Assembly: GCA_963682135.1 (NCBI GenBank)
Contig: OY821645.1
Location: 1,376,001-1,440,000, forward strand
Length of the DNA stretch: 64,000 nucleotides
Source: Methanothrix sp.
GTDB lineage: Archaea > Halobacteriota > Methanosarcinia > Methanotrichales > Methanotrichaceae
Reading direction: 5' to 3'
In this document: positions 1 through 10,055 of the stretch, piece by piece
Layout of the letters: each line of letters opens with the position of its first letter
Numbering within the stretch: the stretch's first letter is position 1
Notes under the pieces: generated by a model
Database searches by the model: none
The model's input: the letters and a program-made list of their open reading frames with translations, nothing else
Told to the model about the DNA's origin: nothing
Position numbers and translations under genes: made by a program

Positions 1-30
1 CCACGCCCGCATCAGCGTAGGTGAGTTTCC

Positions 31-1425
31 TCATGTCTCCCCACCCAGTCCAAACTCGCGGTGCAGCTCTCTTACAGCCTGTTCAGCGTCCTTGGAAGCA
101 ACCACGAAGGAGATGTTCAGCTGACCTGATGCCTGGCTTATCATGACCACATTGATCTTGGCCGCGCCCATGGCCTTGAAGACCCGGGCGGCTACACCGG
201 GAGTGCCCGCCATTCCCGCACCTACCACCGCCACGACACAAACATCGTGATCATGCGAGATCTCCTTGACCAGATCGCGGGGGAATTCTGCCCTCAGGGC
301 ATCTTCAGCCTTCTCCACCTGTCGCTCCTCAATGATCATGGAGATATTGGCTTCAGACGATCCCTGGCTGATCATGACGATATTTATGCCCGCCTTGGCC
401 AGAGCGGAAAAAGCGCGCGCTGCGACGCCAAGCGTCCCAATCATGCCTGCACCGGATATGTTGAGCAAGGCAGCATTTTTGTGCAGCGTTACTGCCTTTA
501 TCACATCTGCTTTGGGTACATCATCATGTACTATTAGTGTGCCCGGGATATCGGGATCGAAAGTGCATTTAACGCGCACGGGAATGCCCTTTCGGATGGC
601 GGGCTCAATGGAACGGGGATGCAGGACCTTGGCCCCGAAGTTGGACAGCTCCATGGCCTCCCTGTAGGATATGGTGGGAATAGACCTGGCCTCGGGCACT
701 ATCTTGGGGTCGGTAGTCATGATGCCATATGTCTCCTTCCAAAACCAGATTTCATCGGCATCAATGGCCGCTCCGATGAGTGAGGCGGACAGATCCGAGC
801 CGCCTCGCCCCAAGGTCGTAATTGTGCCTTTTTCGTCCTTGGCGATGAAGCCGGTGACCACGGGAACGCCCTTGAGCGGCAAGAGCCTTTGGGGAATCAA
901 TTTGTAGGTCTTTTCCAGGGGCCTGCAATCTCCATAGTTGCTGTCTGTGACAATTCCTGCCTCTGAGCCGGTATAGTGCATTGAAGATATGCCCATATCC
1001 CTCAGGACGCCGGCCAGAATGGGCGCCGCCAATTGCTCACCATAGCTGGATATGTAATCCAGAGAGCGCGGCGTAAGCTCACCAATGTAGCAAATGCCGA
1101 TGTAAGCCTTTTCCAGCTCAGACAGTTTATTGGATATCGTCTCTTCGACCTCTTTGGCGATTTGAGGGTCTCTTATGGCATCGGTTATGGCTTGATTGTG
1201 CCTATCCGTGAGCTTCTCCATAAAGTCGATCACTTCTGAGACCTTTCCCTCCTTTGCCGCCTTCGTGGCACAGGCCAACAAGTCGTCAGTGACGCCTTGC
1301 AGGGCAGAGGTAACCAAAACGATCTCATTGTCGCGGCTAAAATGTAAGACCAAATCTCCTACATGCCGCAGCCTGTTTCCGTCAGCAACGGAAACACCAC
1401 CAAACTTCATTACCAAGCGCGCCAT
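31..1425 (-). CDS. lysC: Aspartate kinase
   Basis: N-terminal VMKFGGVSV, TTLGRGGSD and MTTDPK motifs; two C-terminal ACT domains. Confidence 0.95.
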   Translation of the reverse strand: MARLVMKFGGVSVADGNRLRHVGDLVLHFSRDNEIVLVTSALQGVTDDLLACATKAAKEGKVSEVIDFMEKLTDRHNQAITDAIRDPQIAKEVEETISNKLSELEKAYIGICYIGELTPRSLDYISSYGEQLAAPILAGVLRDMGISSMHYTGSEAGIVTDSNYGDCRPLEKTYKLIPQRLLPLKGVPVVTGFIAKDEKGTITTLGRGGSDLSASLIGAAIDADEIWFWKETYGIMTTDPKIVPEARSIPTISYREAMELSNFGAKVLHPRSIEPAIRKGIPVRVKCTFDPDIPGTLIVHDDVPKADVIKAVTLHKNAALLNISGAGMIGTLGVAARAFSALAKAGINIVMISQGSSEANISMIIEERQVEKAEDALRAEFPRDLVKEISHDHDVCVVAVVGAGMAGTPGVAARVFKAMGAAKINVVMISQASGQLNISFVVASKDAEQAVRELHREFGLGGET

Positions 1426-1616
1426 CGTAAAAACCGTTCTTTGCTATCCTCACAGCGATTTAAGCTTTATCCATAATTATAATTTCAATCCAAATTCCTC
1501 CTGCAAATAGATTTGAAACCGCCCTGAGAAGGCCGAAGGCTTAAATAGATTGAGTCCCAGGATTCTGAAGTCCTAGTCTGGATTTAATCTTTATCTTAAA
1601 CTTCGCGAGGCGTATT

Positions 1617-3812
1617 ATGGGCAAGAGGAAGAAGATAGCAGAACGTGTAACGACTCTGATGGACAAGCCTGAGTTTATCCGGAACATCGGAATCGTGGCA
1701 CATATTGATCACGGTAAGACAACCCTTTCTGATAACCTTCTGGGAGGCGCTGGCATGATCTCCATGGAACTGGCAGGCAAGCAGCTCTTCATGGATTTCG
1801 ATCCCCTGGAGCAGGCGCGCGGAATTACTATCGATGCGGCCAATGTTTCCATGGTTCACGAGATAGACGGCAAGGAATATCTCATCAACATGATTGATAC
1901 TCCAGGCCACGTGGACTTTGGCGGCGACGTCACCCGTGCCATGAGGGCCGTGGATGGCGCTGTGGTTGTAGTGGATGCTGTTGAAGGCGCCATGCCCCAG
2001 ACGGAGACCGTGCTGCGGCAGGCTCTGAAAGAGGGTGTCAGGCCGGTCCTGTTCGTCAATAAAGTGGACCGCATGATCAATGAGCTGAAAGTTGAACCGA
2101 AAGATATGGCCATGCGCCTGGGCAAGGTCATTGACAATGTCAACAAGCTCATCCAAGGAATGGATGAAGTGAAATATAAGAATGGCTGGAAGCTGGATGC
2201 GGCAAAAGGAAATATCGCCTTTGGTTCTGCACTCTACAACTGGGCCATCAGCGTGCCCCAGATGAAGAAGACGGGCATCGGCTTTGAGCAGGTAGTCGAA
2301 TACTGCCGGGCCGGCAAGATGAAGGAGCTGGCCGAAAAGGTTCCCCTTTATATTGCCGTAAACGATATGGTCGTCAAATTCCTTCCCAGCCCCATCGATG
2401 CCCAAAAAGAGAGAGTCAAGGTCATCTGGCACGGCGATTGGAATAGCCCCGTGGGAAAAGCCATGGCTACCTGTGATCCCAAAGGCCCGATCGCTTTCAT
2501 GATCAACAAGATAAAGGTCGACCCGCATGCTGGCGAAGTGGCCACTGGCAGGCTATTCTCCGGAACTCTGCATCGCGGCATGGAGCTGTATGTATCCGGC
2601 GTAGTCAACACCAACCGTATCCAGCAGACCGGTATCGTCATGGGCGCAGAGAGGGTTGAAGTAGAGGAGATTCCTGCAGGAAACATCGCTGCAGTCACTG
2701 GTCTTCGGGATGCTATTGTGGGCTCCACCATCTCATCGGAACAGGACATGACGCCCTTCGAGCAGATTAAGCACGTCTCCGAGCCGGTCATGACCGTAGC
2801 CGTTGAGGCCAAAAACACCCGCGACCTACCCAAGGTAGTTGAGGTCTTAAGGCAGATCGCCAAAGAGGACCCAACCCTGCAGGTTACCATCAACGAAGAA
2901 ACCGGCGAGCACCTCCTGGCTGGCATGGGCGAACTACATCTGGATGTCACTGTAACAAGGATGCAACGCGATCGCGGTGTAGAGCTGAAGACCTCTCCAC
3001 CCATAGTAGTGTATCGTGAATCAGTCGGCGGCAAAGCCGGGCCTGTGGAAGGAAAGTCCCCCAACCACCACAACCGTTTCTATGTTGAGTTTGAGCCTCT
3101 GGAACAGGGCGTGATCGATGCCTTGAAAGATGGCAAGGTCAGCATGAAGATGGAAGAGGTCGAGCGCAGGAAGGTTCTCATCGAAAGCGGCATGGAAAAA
3201 GATGAAGCGAGGAGCATTGTCGGATATTTCGGCACCAACGTCCTGCTCAACATGACCAAAGGTATCCAGTACCTGAGGGAGACCATGGAGCTCATCTTAG
3301 AGGGCTTTGAGGAGGCGCTGAAGAACGGCCCCATCTGCAGGGAACCGGCGCAGGGCATTAAGGCCAAGATCGTGGATGTAAAGCTGCACGAGGACGCCGT
3401 GCACCGCGGCCCCGCCCAGGTCATTCCGGCGGTCAGGCAGGCAGTGCAGGCAGGAATTCTCATGGCGAATCCGGTTTTATTGGAGCCCTTCCAGAATGTC
3501 TTTATACAGGTGCCTCAGGATCAAATGGGTGGAGCCATGTCTGAGATCCAGGGACGCAGGGGCGTTATCTTGAACATGGACAGCCAGGGCGATATGATAA
3601 TCCTTAAATCCAAGATGCCTGTTGCTCAGATGTTTGGATTCTCTGGGGCAATAAGGTCGGCCACCGAAGGAAGAGCCCTCTGGTCATCTGAGTTTGCTGG
3701 CTTTGAGCCCTTGCCCGCCAACCTGCTACTGGATGTAGTCAAGCAGATCAGAACTAGAAAGGGCTTGAAACCGGAAATGCCCAAGCCATCCGATTACCTG
3801 AAGGTCGTTTGA
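1617..3812 (+). CDS. fusA: Translation elongation factor EF-2
   Basis: [26 protein letters not shown]; diphthamide loop [11 protein letters not shown]. Confidence 0.98.
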   Translation: MGKRKKIAERVTTLMDKPEFIRNIGIVAHIDHGKTTLSDNLLGGAGMISMELAGKQLFMDFDPLEQARGITIDAANVSMVHEIDGKEYLINMIDTPGHVDFGGDVTRAMRAVDGAVVVVDAVEGAMPQTETVLRQALKEGVRPVLFVNKVDRMINELKVEPKDMAMRLGKVIDNVNKLIQGMDEVKYKNGWKLDAAKGNIAFGSALYNWAISVPQMKKTGIGFEQVVEYCRAGKMKELAEKVPLYIAVNDMVVKFLPSPIDAQKERVKVIWHGDWNSPVGKAMATCDPKGPIAFMINKIKVDPHAGEVATGRLFSGTLHRGMELYVSGVVNTNRIQQTGIVMGAERVEVEEIPAGNIAAVTGLRDAIVGSTISSEQDMTPFEQIKHVSEPVMTVAVEAKNTRDLPKVVEVLRQIAKEDPTLQVTINEETGEHLLAGMGELHLDVTVTRMQRDRGVELKTSPPIVVYRESVGGKAGPVEGKSPNHHNRFYVEFEPLEQGVIDALKDGKVSMKMEEVERRKVLIESGMEKDEARSIVGYFGTNVLLNMTKGIQYLRETMELILEGFEEALKNGPICREPAQGIKAKIVDVKLHEDAVHRGPAQVIPAVRQAVQAGILMANPVLLEPFQNVFIQVPQDQMGGAMSEIQGRRGVILNMDSQGDMIILKSKMPVAQMFGFSGAIRSATEGRALWSSEFAGFEPLPANLLLDVVKQIRTRKGLKPEMPKPSDYLKVV

Positions 3813-3890
3813 GTGCGACCTTCGAAAAGATTAAACGCAAAGGCAGAAATACTGAAAAATATGAGTAGTGCCTGTTGGAGGAGATAAATT

Positions 3891-5165
3891 ATGGCAGATA
3901 CAAAGCCACATCTCAATCTCGCATTCATTGGACACGTCGACCACGGCAAGTCGACGACCGTAGGCAGATTGATGTTCGAGACGGGAGCTGTAGACGCTCA
4001 CGTCATTGATGAGTACAAGAAAGAAGCCGCATCCAAGGGAAAGGCAACCTTCGAGTTTGCCTGGGTCATGGATAGCCTGAAGGAAGAGCGCGAGAGGGGC
4101 GTTACCATCGATATCGCCCATCACCGCTTCGATACCGCCAAGTTCTACTTCACCGTAGTGGACTGCCCCGGTCACAGAGACTTCGTAAAGAACATGATCA
4201 CCGGTGCCAGCCAGGCTGATGCCGCGGTGCTAATCGTAGCCGTCCCGGATGGTGTTATGGCTCAGACCAAAGAGCATGTCTTCCTTTCCAGGACTCTGGG
4301 TGTCAGCCAGCTTATCGTGGGCATGAACAAGATCGATGCCACCACCCCACCATTCGACGAGAAGAGATTCAACGAGGTCAAGGAAGAAGTTGGCAAGCTG
4401 CTCAAGATGGTTGGATTTAAGGTAGAGGAGATACCATTTGTGCCTATTTCCGGCCTGATGGGAGACAACCTCGCCAAACCCAGCGAGAATATGAAGTGGT
4501 ACAAGGGCCCAACCCTGCTGGAAGCCCTGAACAACCTCAAGGTGCCCCAGAAGCCGACCAACCTGCCTCTGCGCGTACCGGTACAGGATGTCTACACTAT
4601 CTCTGGTGTGGGCACAGTGCCAGTGGGCCGCGTCGAGACCGGCGTCATGAGAAAGAACGACAAGATCATCTTCGAGCCTGCCGGAGCTTCTGGCGAGGTC
4701 AAGTCCATCGAGATGCATCATGAGGAAGTTCCCGAGGCATTCCCCGGTGATAACATCGGATGGAACGTGCGCGGTGTTGCTAAGAACGACATTCGTCGCG
4801 GCGACGTCTGCGGATCGGTAGCCAAGCCCCCGACCGTGGCCAAGGAGTTCAAGGCCCAGATCGTAGTGTTGCAGCATCCCAGCGCCATATCGGCAGGATA
4901 TACTCCCGTATTCCACTGCCATACTGCGCAGATCGCATGCACTCTCACATCTATTCTGGCCAAGCTGGACCCAAGGTCAGGAGCTGTGAAGGAAGAGAAT
5001 CCTGCTTTCATCAAAGCTGGAGATGCGGCCATCATCATGGTTACACCATCCAAGCCAATGGTCATTGAACCGGTGAAAGAGATCCCTCAACTAGGAAGAT
5101 TCGCCATTCGAGATATGGGCACGACCGTCGCAGCCGGCATGTGCATCAGCGTGGTACCACGCTAA
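3891..5165 (+). CDS. tuf: Translation elongation factor EF-1 alpha
   Basis: [29 protein letters not shown]; C-terminal GRFAIRDMG. Confidence 0.98.
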   Translation: MADTKPHLNLAFIGHVDHGKSTTVGRLMFETGAVDAHVIDEYKKEAASKGKATFEFAWVMDSLKEERERGVTIDIAHHRFDTAKFYFTVVDCPGHRDFVKNMITGASQADAAVLIVAVPDGVMAQTKEHVFLSRTLGVSQLIVGMNKIDATTPPFDEKRFNEVKEEVGKLLKMVGFKVEEIPFVPISGLMGDNLAKPSENMKWYKGPTLLEALNNLKVPQKPTNLPLRVPVQDVYTISGVGTVPVGRVETGVMRKNDKIIFEPAGASGEVKSIEMHHEEVPEAFPGDNIGWNVRGVAKNDIRRGDVCGSVAKPPTVAKEFKAQIVVLQHPSAISAGYTPVFHCHTAQIACTLTSILAKLDPRSGAVKEENPAFIKAGDAAIIMVTPSKPMVIEPVKEIPQLGRFAIRDMGTTVAAGMCISVVPR

Positions 5166-5187
5166 ATTCAATTTTTTGGTGTAAAAC

Positions 5188-5496
5188 ATGCAGAAGGCAA
5201 GAATTCGACTTTCCGGCACTAATCCCTTGATGCTGGACGATATTTGCAGCCAGGTAAAGGGAATTGCTCAGAGAACAGGTGTCCACATGGCAGGCCCCAT
5301 TCCGCTGCCTACCAAGAGGATGGTGGTTCCCTGCAGGAAGAGTCCAGACGGCGAGGGAACGGCCACCTGGGATCACTGGGAAATGAGGGTGCACAAGAGA
5401 CTCATCGATCTGGATGCAGACGAGCGGGCGCTTCGCCAGCTCATGAGGATCCAGGTTCCAAAGAACGTAAATATTGAGATTGTGCTGGAAAGCTAA
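5188..5496 (+). CDS. rpsJ: 30S ribosomal protein S10 (uS10)
   Basis: GPIPLPT...RKSPDGEG...[11 protein letters not shown]; follows tuf. Confidence 0.97.
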   Translation: MQKARIRLSGTNPLMLDDICSQVKGIAQRTGVHMAGPIPLPTKRMVVPCRKSPDGEGTATWDHWEMRVHKRLIDLDADERALRQLMRIQVPKNVNIEIVLES

Positions 5497-5569
5497 ATCA
5501 TTAGTTAGGGGCTGCTTCCGAGGGCTGAAGAGCCCGCTAACCAATATGTTCTAAATTTTACACACTAAT

Positions 5570-5643
5570 GGACTCGTAGTATAGTCTGGATAGAATAGAG
5601 GCCTCCGGAGCCTCGGACCCGGGTTCGAATCCCGGCGGGTCCG
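5570..5643 (+). tRNA. tRNA-Arg(CCG), intronless, CCA not encoded
   Basis: Acceptor stem GGACTCG/CGGGTCC; anticodon arm GAGGC-CTCCGGA-GCCTC; T arm CCGGG-TTCGAAT-CCCGG. Confidence 0.93.
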
Positions 5644-5666
5644 CTGCGTTTACGTCACTGCATTTT

Positions 5667-5948
5667 TTATTTATTTGCATCAGAACGTGGCGGTACAACC
5701 ACCAGACCTTCATCATTGAGTGGATTAGCGGCCAGCTTTCCGGAAACGTTAATGAAATGGCCGACCGGCAGTTTTCCCCAGCTCCATAGCTCTGTCTCAT
5801 TGGTAGTGTTGGTCTCGTTGGTGCTATTGGTTAGATTAATTGTGCTGAGAATGGCCCTACCTGAGTCCCCGCTTAGCTGCAAAGATGTAGCAAAAGAACT
5901 GCAGCCCAATAAAATGAATATTAAGACGAATATTATTGACGTATTCAT
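5667..5948 (-). CDS. Small secreted hypothetical protein with N-x-T-rich linker
   Basis: Hydrophobic signal peptide MNTSIIFVLIFILLG; repeated NxT sequons; WSWG motif. Confidence 0.7.
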   Translation of the reverse strand: MNTSIIFVLIFILLGCSSFATSLQLSGDSGRAILSTINLTNSTNETNTTNETELWSWGKLPVGHFINVSGKLAANPLNDEGLVVVPPRSDANK

Positions 5949-6058
5949 ATCACACACCCAAAGTTCGCGTTCCTCTTACCAGTTAAAATTGGATGATTAT
6001 ATATTTTGCCATGGTCGGATTTAACATGATTTGGATGGCATTTATTAGGGTAGATGCA

Positions 6059-6259
6059 TCAGCTGTGTGCCGGCTGCATAATGCCGAACTTGGATACTTC
6101 CGCGACATCCAATGTTTCCCGTTCTTCGATCTTCTTCAGGATGATGGTTCCATCCCCCAACTGGTCCACAGCAATCTTATCTCCTGGCAGCAGATGCAGT
6201 CCGTATCTGATGGCAAGTGGAAGCTGAATCCTGCCGTTGGAATCAATATTAGTAATCAA
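6059..6259 (-). CDS. AbrB/MazE/SpoVT-family DNA-binding protein
   Basis: IDSNGRIQLP..IR..L.L.PGD.I.....G.I.LKK pattern; AGGTGA RBS upstream. Confidence 0.75.
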   Translation of the reverse strand: MITNIDSNGRIQLPLAIRYGLHLLPGDKIAVDQLGDGTIILKKIEERETLDVAEVSKFGIMQPAHS

Positions 6260-6334
6260 GATCGTTCACCTGATGCCCTGGTTCTTGCTCCAGGTTTATA
6301 AAAGACTTATTTTGAGATGAGGTTCATATGAGGT

Positions 6335-7051
6335 CTAGCAGTCTATGCTTTCGCAGCCAGACTGCTTCTTCTCCTCCACCGGACTCTCCCGGAACTTGAT
6401 CATCTTCTCTACATCGAACTTGCCGGTGAAGGACTCATGCACCTTAAGGTCCTTGCTGAACATTTTATGCATCCTGGCGTCCGTCTGCCAGGTTCCATTA
6501 AAGGAATTCTTGGTCTGGATTCCCACTGTGTGCACGGGGCTTGTCTTTAGTATCTCCTCAATCCTCCCAGGATCGGTTATGTAGGATGCAGGATTGGTTG
6601 AGGCGAAGTAGCTGCTGCCTTCCCTCTCCATCTCTGTGACAGAGAAGGACTCTGTGATCTCTGCACCGATGCCGCCCCAGAAAGCCTTGGAATGTATATA
6701 TTTCGTTCCAACCATAGGAGTCTTGCCGGAGTAGGTGAGTTTGTTGCCTTCCCAGAGATTTAGCGGCACAGCTGGGCCGTTATCCATGCCTGGAAGCTTG
6801 GCTGCCCTCTGTGCTTCGACGGTTCCAGAGTCCATTTCCAGATCACCGTCTCCATACATGAAATTGTAGTACTCGAGAGCAAGCTGCCTGTCCTTAACTG
6901 AAACGCCCACCTCAAAAGTGCCCGTTCCAGCTACCTTCAGCGTGTTGCAGAAATCACCATCCTGGACCGGCTCGGTGATCGCCGGTGTGGCAAAGGCCGG
7001 CACCAGAAATATGATTAACATTAGCAACAAAGCTACTGCAATACCCTTCGT
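6335..7051 (-). CDS. Secreted beta-rich hypothetical protein with Cys-rich C terminus; start probably ACG at 7051 (ORF track uses TTG 7030)
   Basis: Signal peptide; motifs shared with 56986..57921 and with the giant surface protein; ends GCESIDC. Confidence 0.75.
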   Translation of the reverse strand, partial: TKGIAVALLLMLIIFLVPAFATPAITEPVQDGDFCNTLKVAGTGTFEVGVSVKDRQLALEYYNFMYGDGDLEMDSGTVEAQRAAKLPGMDNGPAVPLNLWEGNKLTYSGKTPMVGTKYIHSKAFWGGIGAEITESFSVTEMEREGSSYFASTNPASYITDPGRIEEILKTSPVHTVGIQTKNSFNGTWQTDARMHKMFSKDLKVHESFTGKFDVEKMIKFRESPVEEKKQSGCESIDC

Positions 7052-7152
7052 TGTTCTACCCCGTTATTATGTAGATATTAGGCTCTTCTAGATAAAAAAG
7101 TTATTGTAGCCAAAAGTTTCATCTTACCCCTTGAACCATTCCTCGATTCAAG

Positions 7153-7950
7153 ATGTGCAAAGAACTCGCCGTGGTTATGGATGTGGCAGGAACCTTATTG
7201 AGGATGTATCGCGTAGCCAAGGATATCGAAAAGGGCGCTATTCTGGTGAATGTGGTTACCTGGGAGTTGATCATGGAGAAAAAAGGTCGAGTCCTGGTTG
7301 TACCACAGATGGACCCCAACCTCATGTTATCCTTTCGGCCCGATGATACCCTGGGGACCCTGATCGATGGTCGCGAGCAATTGCTGGAGATAAGCTGCGC
7401 CAGCAGTCCCATTTCTAAATTTGAAGTCGTGCGTATTCTTGCCCGCTCTCATGCCAAGATTGGTGATCTTGTGCAGGTGTATCAGGAAGTATCGACCAGG
7501 TGTCCCGGCAATTACATTACAGTTGGCATGATCGTCGATGCGCAATTACAGGAGGTTGCTTATGCACTCAGCACAGGGGGGTCCCCCTTCCCTGGATCAA
7601 AAGATGTCCTGGCAACTCTTAAAAATCAAGGCGCGGATATCTATGTGGCCTCCGGAGACAGCAAGAGAAGCCTTGCCTATCTCAAAGAATTAGGTATAGA
7701 CCTCTCGCGAGTTTATCCCGTCTCCGGCCCAATGCAAAAAAAAGAGATCGTAGTCAATTTGAAGAGCAAATACAGCCGAGTGGTAATGGTGGGCGACGGT
7801 CTAAACGATCTTTATGCTTTAAGGGCGGCAGACCTGGGTATCCTGACCGTACAGCAGGATACTCGTCCCACTTTGAAGCTGCGTCAGGCCGCGGATAAGA
7901 TAATAACGAATATAAAAGAACTGCCTAAAATACTGGAGGCCAACCATTAG
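7153..7950 (+). CDS. HAD-superfamily hydrolase (soluble P-type ATPase-like)
   Basis: VVMDVAGTL, ASGD, K and MVGDGLND motifs. Confidence 0.85.
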   Translation: MCKELAVVMDVAGTLLRMYRVAKDIEKGAILVNVVTWELIMEKKGRVLVVPQMDPNLMLSFRPDDTLGTLIDGREQLLEISCASSPISKFEVVRILARSHAKIGDLVQVYQEVSTRCPGNYITVGMIVDAQLQEVAYALSTGGSPFPGSKDVLATLKNQGADIYVASGDSKRSLAYLKELGIDLSRVYPVSGPMQKKEIVVNLKSKYSRVVMVGDGLNDLYALRAADLGILTVQQDTRPTLKLRQAADKIITNIKELPKILEANH

Positions 7951-8163
7951 ATTATTATCAATACAATTAGTGTCTGGAATTATCGTTCTCCCTTATCCAT
8001 CTAATTCGGGCGACGGATGAATTGTGTAGATGATTGGCAAATATTCGGGCAATCGAATAATTCTTAGAAAAGTATATATACTTGGATAGTTCATTTATAC
8101 TTGTTAACATTTTAAATTTGCTTCGAAATAAGATCGTACTAGAATACTAGGAGTAGCGCATAA

Positions 8164-8721
8164 ATGTTCGAAGAGCTTTTAGAGATATACAAAACAAAGG
8201 CAGAAGAGATTGAGAAAAGTAGAAGAGAAGCACAAGCCATGCTCTTACTGGTTTCTGCCATCGAGAAGATATCACGGGAGTCTGATTCCAAACAGAGCGA
8301 TGTGGAACTCTTAGGCAGGCTGATCGATCAGGTTGATCGCCTATCCAAAGAGGTATCCGATCTGAAGAGCCAGCTTCGCACCCGGCAGGGACGACCGATG
8401 CCCATTCAGGAAACGAGCTCGGGAGATGGAAAGGCCCTGGATAACCATGCTCAATCTTTGATTGAGATCATAGAAGAAAGGCCGGGCAGGTATACAACCA
8501 GTGAGCTGGTGGACATGCTGGGCTTGAATAAGACCACAGTAATAAGCGTGATGAAGCGCGCCCATGAACTCGATCCGAAGCATGTCAAGATGACTCAGGG
8601 AAAAAGGCGCAAGCTCTATCTGTCTTATGTGTCTGAAGGTGAGGTACAGACGACTGAAGAATCGTCGTCCGAATCGGGTGAATCTGACAGGCTGAAGCTA
8701 GAGCTTATGGCCATGACCTAA
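8164..8721 (+). CDS. Hypothetical protein with coiled coil and C-terminal winged HTH
   Basis: Heptad-like N terminus; YTTSELVDMLGLNKTTV HTH-like segment; TATA box (~8072) and GGAG RBS upstream. Confidence 0.7.
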   Translation: MFEELLEIYKTKAEEIEKSRREAQAMLLLVSAIEKISRESDSKQSDVELLGRLIDQVDRLSKEVSDLKSQLRTRQGRPMPIQETSSGDGKALDNHAQSLIEIIEERPGRYTTSELVDMLGLNKTTVISVMKRAHELDPKHVKMTQGKRRKLYLSYVSEGEVQTTEESSSESGESDRLKLELMAMT

Positions 8722-8996
8722 AAGATGGGATAAACTCTCAGACAATCCATAAATTACCAATCAGTTAAAGGTCGGGCTGCCCACAGTTTTTCGGCGGCTT
8801 TGGCCCTTAAGTGGGTTATTTTGACCAGGTGGAAAAAGCGACTGAGCTGATATCTACATATATTTTGTTTATAAGTACAGTTGAGTGATCCGTGCCGCGC
8901 ATCCGTCGATATGAGCTTTTGAAAATACTATGACAACATTGTAGACAATTTTGACGGGAATAAAAAGAAGCAAGAGCCAGGAGGCGATCCCCTGCT

Positions 8997-10055
8997 TCAA
9001 GTCTTCTTTTGCTTTCGTCGATACAAGTATCCACCGACAGCAACGATTATGATAAGAATGGCAATTGCCGGCATGAGCAGAGATGCAGAAGCAGCCTTGA
9101 CCACGACGGGTATCTTCATGCTCTCGGAGATTATCGAATCGCCGTTAATATCGATATATTTTATCTCGCTGTTTATGCCATATTCCTTGGGGGTAGCATC
9201 GGAATCAACGTCAAGCCGAAATACTACGGTCTTCTCTTCTCCCGGAGCCAGCGTTCCAATAAATGCCTGATCGTCGGTGGAAGAGAACGGCTTGAAGATG
9301 GAAAGCCTTGCGATCGCGTCTTTGACGGGATCCTCGCCAATATTTTTATATGTCGCTTCGATTTCTGCCTTCTTGGCGCCGGCTGAGAGCACGCCTGTTG
9401 AATTCCTGATCACAAAGTCAGCCTGCCTCTTGATTTTGATGATGAGAGGGACGGTCTGATTGGCCTTCTGGTAGATATATGACACCTGGTAATTCGCCAA
9501 GGTGGGCGTACTTCCGCTGGTAACTAGCTTGGAAGCCTGCACCCTGACATTATCCTGATAATCGTAGGATAGGTTCAGACTGAGCGGATAGGTTCCTGCT
9601 GGGGCATGCTCTCCTACCTTGACCGTAAATTTCAAAGGCGACTGGGTCTTATCGCCCGACTTAAGAGATTGAATAACCTGGTCACCAGATTTTATCTCTA
9701 TCTGAGGATTATCGGAGCGCAGGTACGCAGTGATGCCCAGTGCCGTCGGCTTTTTGTACTCTTCTTGCAGCTCTGCGCTGGCCAATGCGAACTCCTTAGA
9801 ATCTTCTGGTGTCAGATCCTCCTTGAAACCCAATATCCGCCCATAGTTGGTCAGATCAACATAGATAGAAACAGTATCTCCACGCTCAAACTCATCCGTC
9901 CCGGAAATGCTGGCAGAGATATCCGGGCTGCCATACATGGTGTAGTAATTATCTCCGCCCAGCTCATAGGGTATGTAGGTATTTTGAGCCGAGACTGCCG
10001 CTATTAGAGTCAACAGGCAAAAGCCAACCAGGGCCATCTTAATTCTCATAATCAT
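8997..10055 (-). CDS. COG1361-type S-layer domain protein
   Basis: Signal peptide; A.AGTYPL.L...Y.Y and G.L.PGE...V.F motifs; C-terminal TM helix plus RRKQKK; coupled to RND gene. Confidence 0.85.
   Translation of the reverse strand: MIMRIKMALVGFCLLTLIAAVSAQNTYIPYELGGDNYYTMYGSPDISASISGTDEFERGDTVSIYVDLTNYGRILGFKEDLTPEDSKEFALASAELQEEYKKPTALGITAYLRSDNPQIEIKSGDQVIQSLKSGDKTQSPLKFTVKVGEHAPAGTYPLSLNLSYDYQDNVRVQASKLVTSGSTPTLANYQVSYIYQKANQTVPLIIKIKRQADFVIRNSTGVLSAGAKKAEIEATYKNIGEDPVKDAIARLSIFKPFSSTDDQAFIGTLAPGEEKTVVFRLDVDSDATPKEYGINSEIKYIDINGDSIISESMKIPVVVKAASASLLMPAIAILIIIVAVGGYLYRRKQKKT

Noticed and set aside
5570-8721. Integrated element at tRNA-Arg (AbrB gene nearby)
   Set aside because: No integrase and no duplicated tRNA 3' end noticed in the window.
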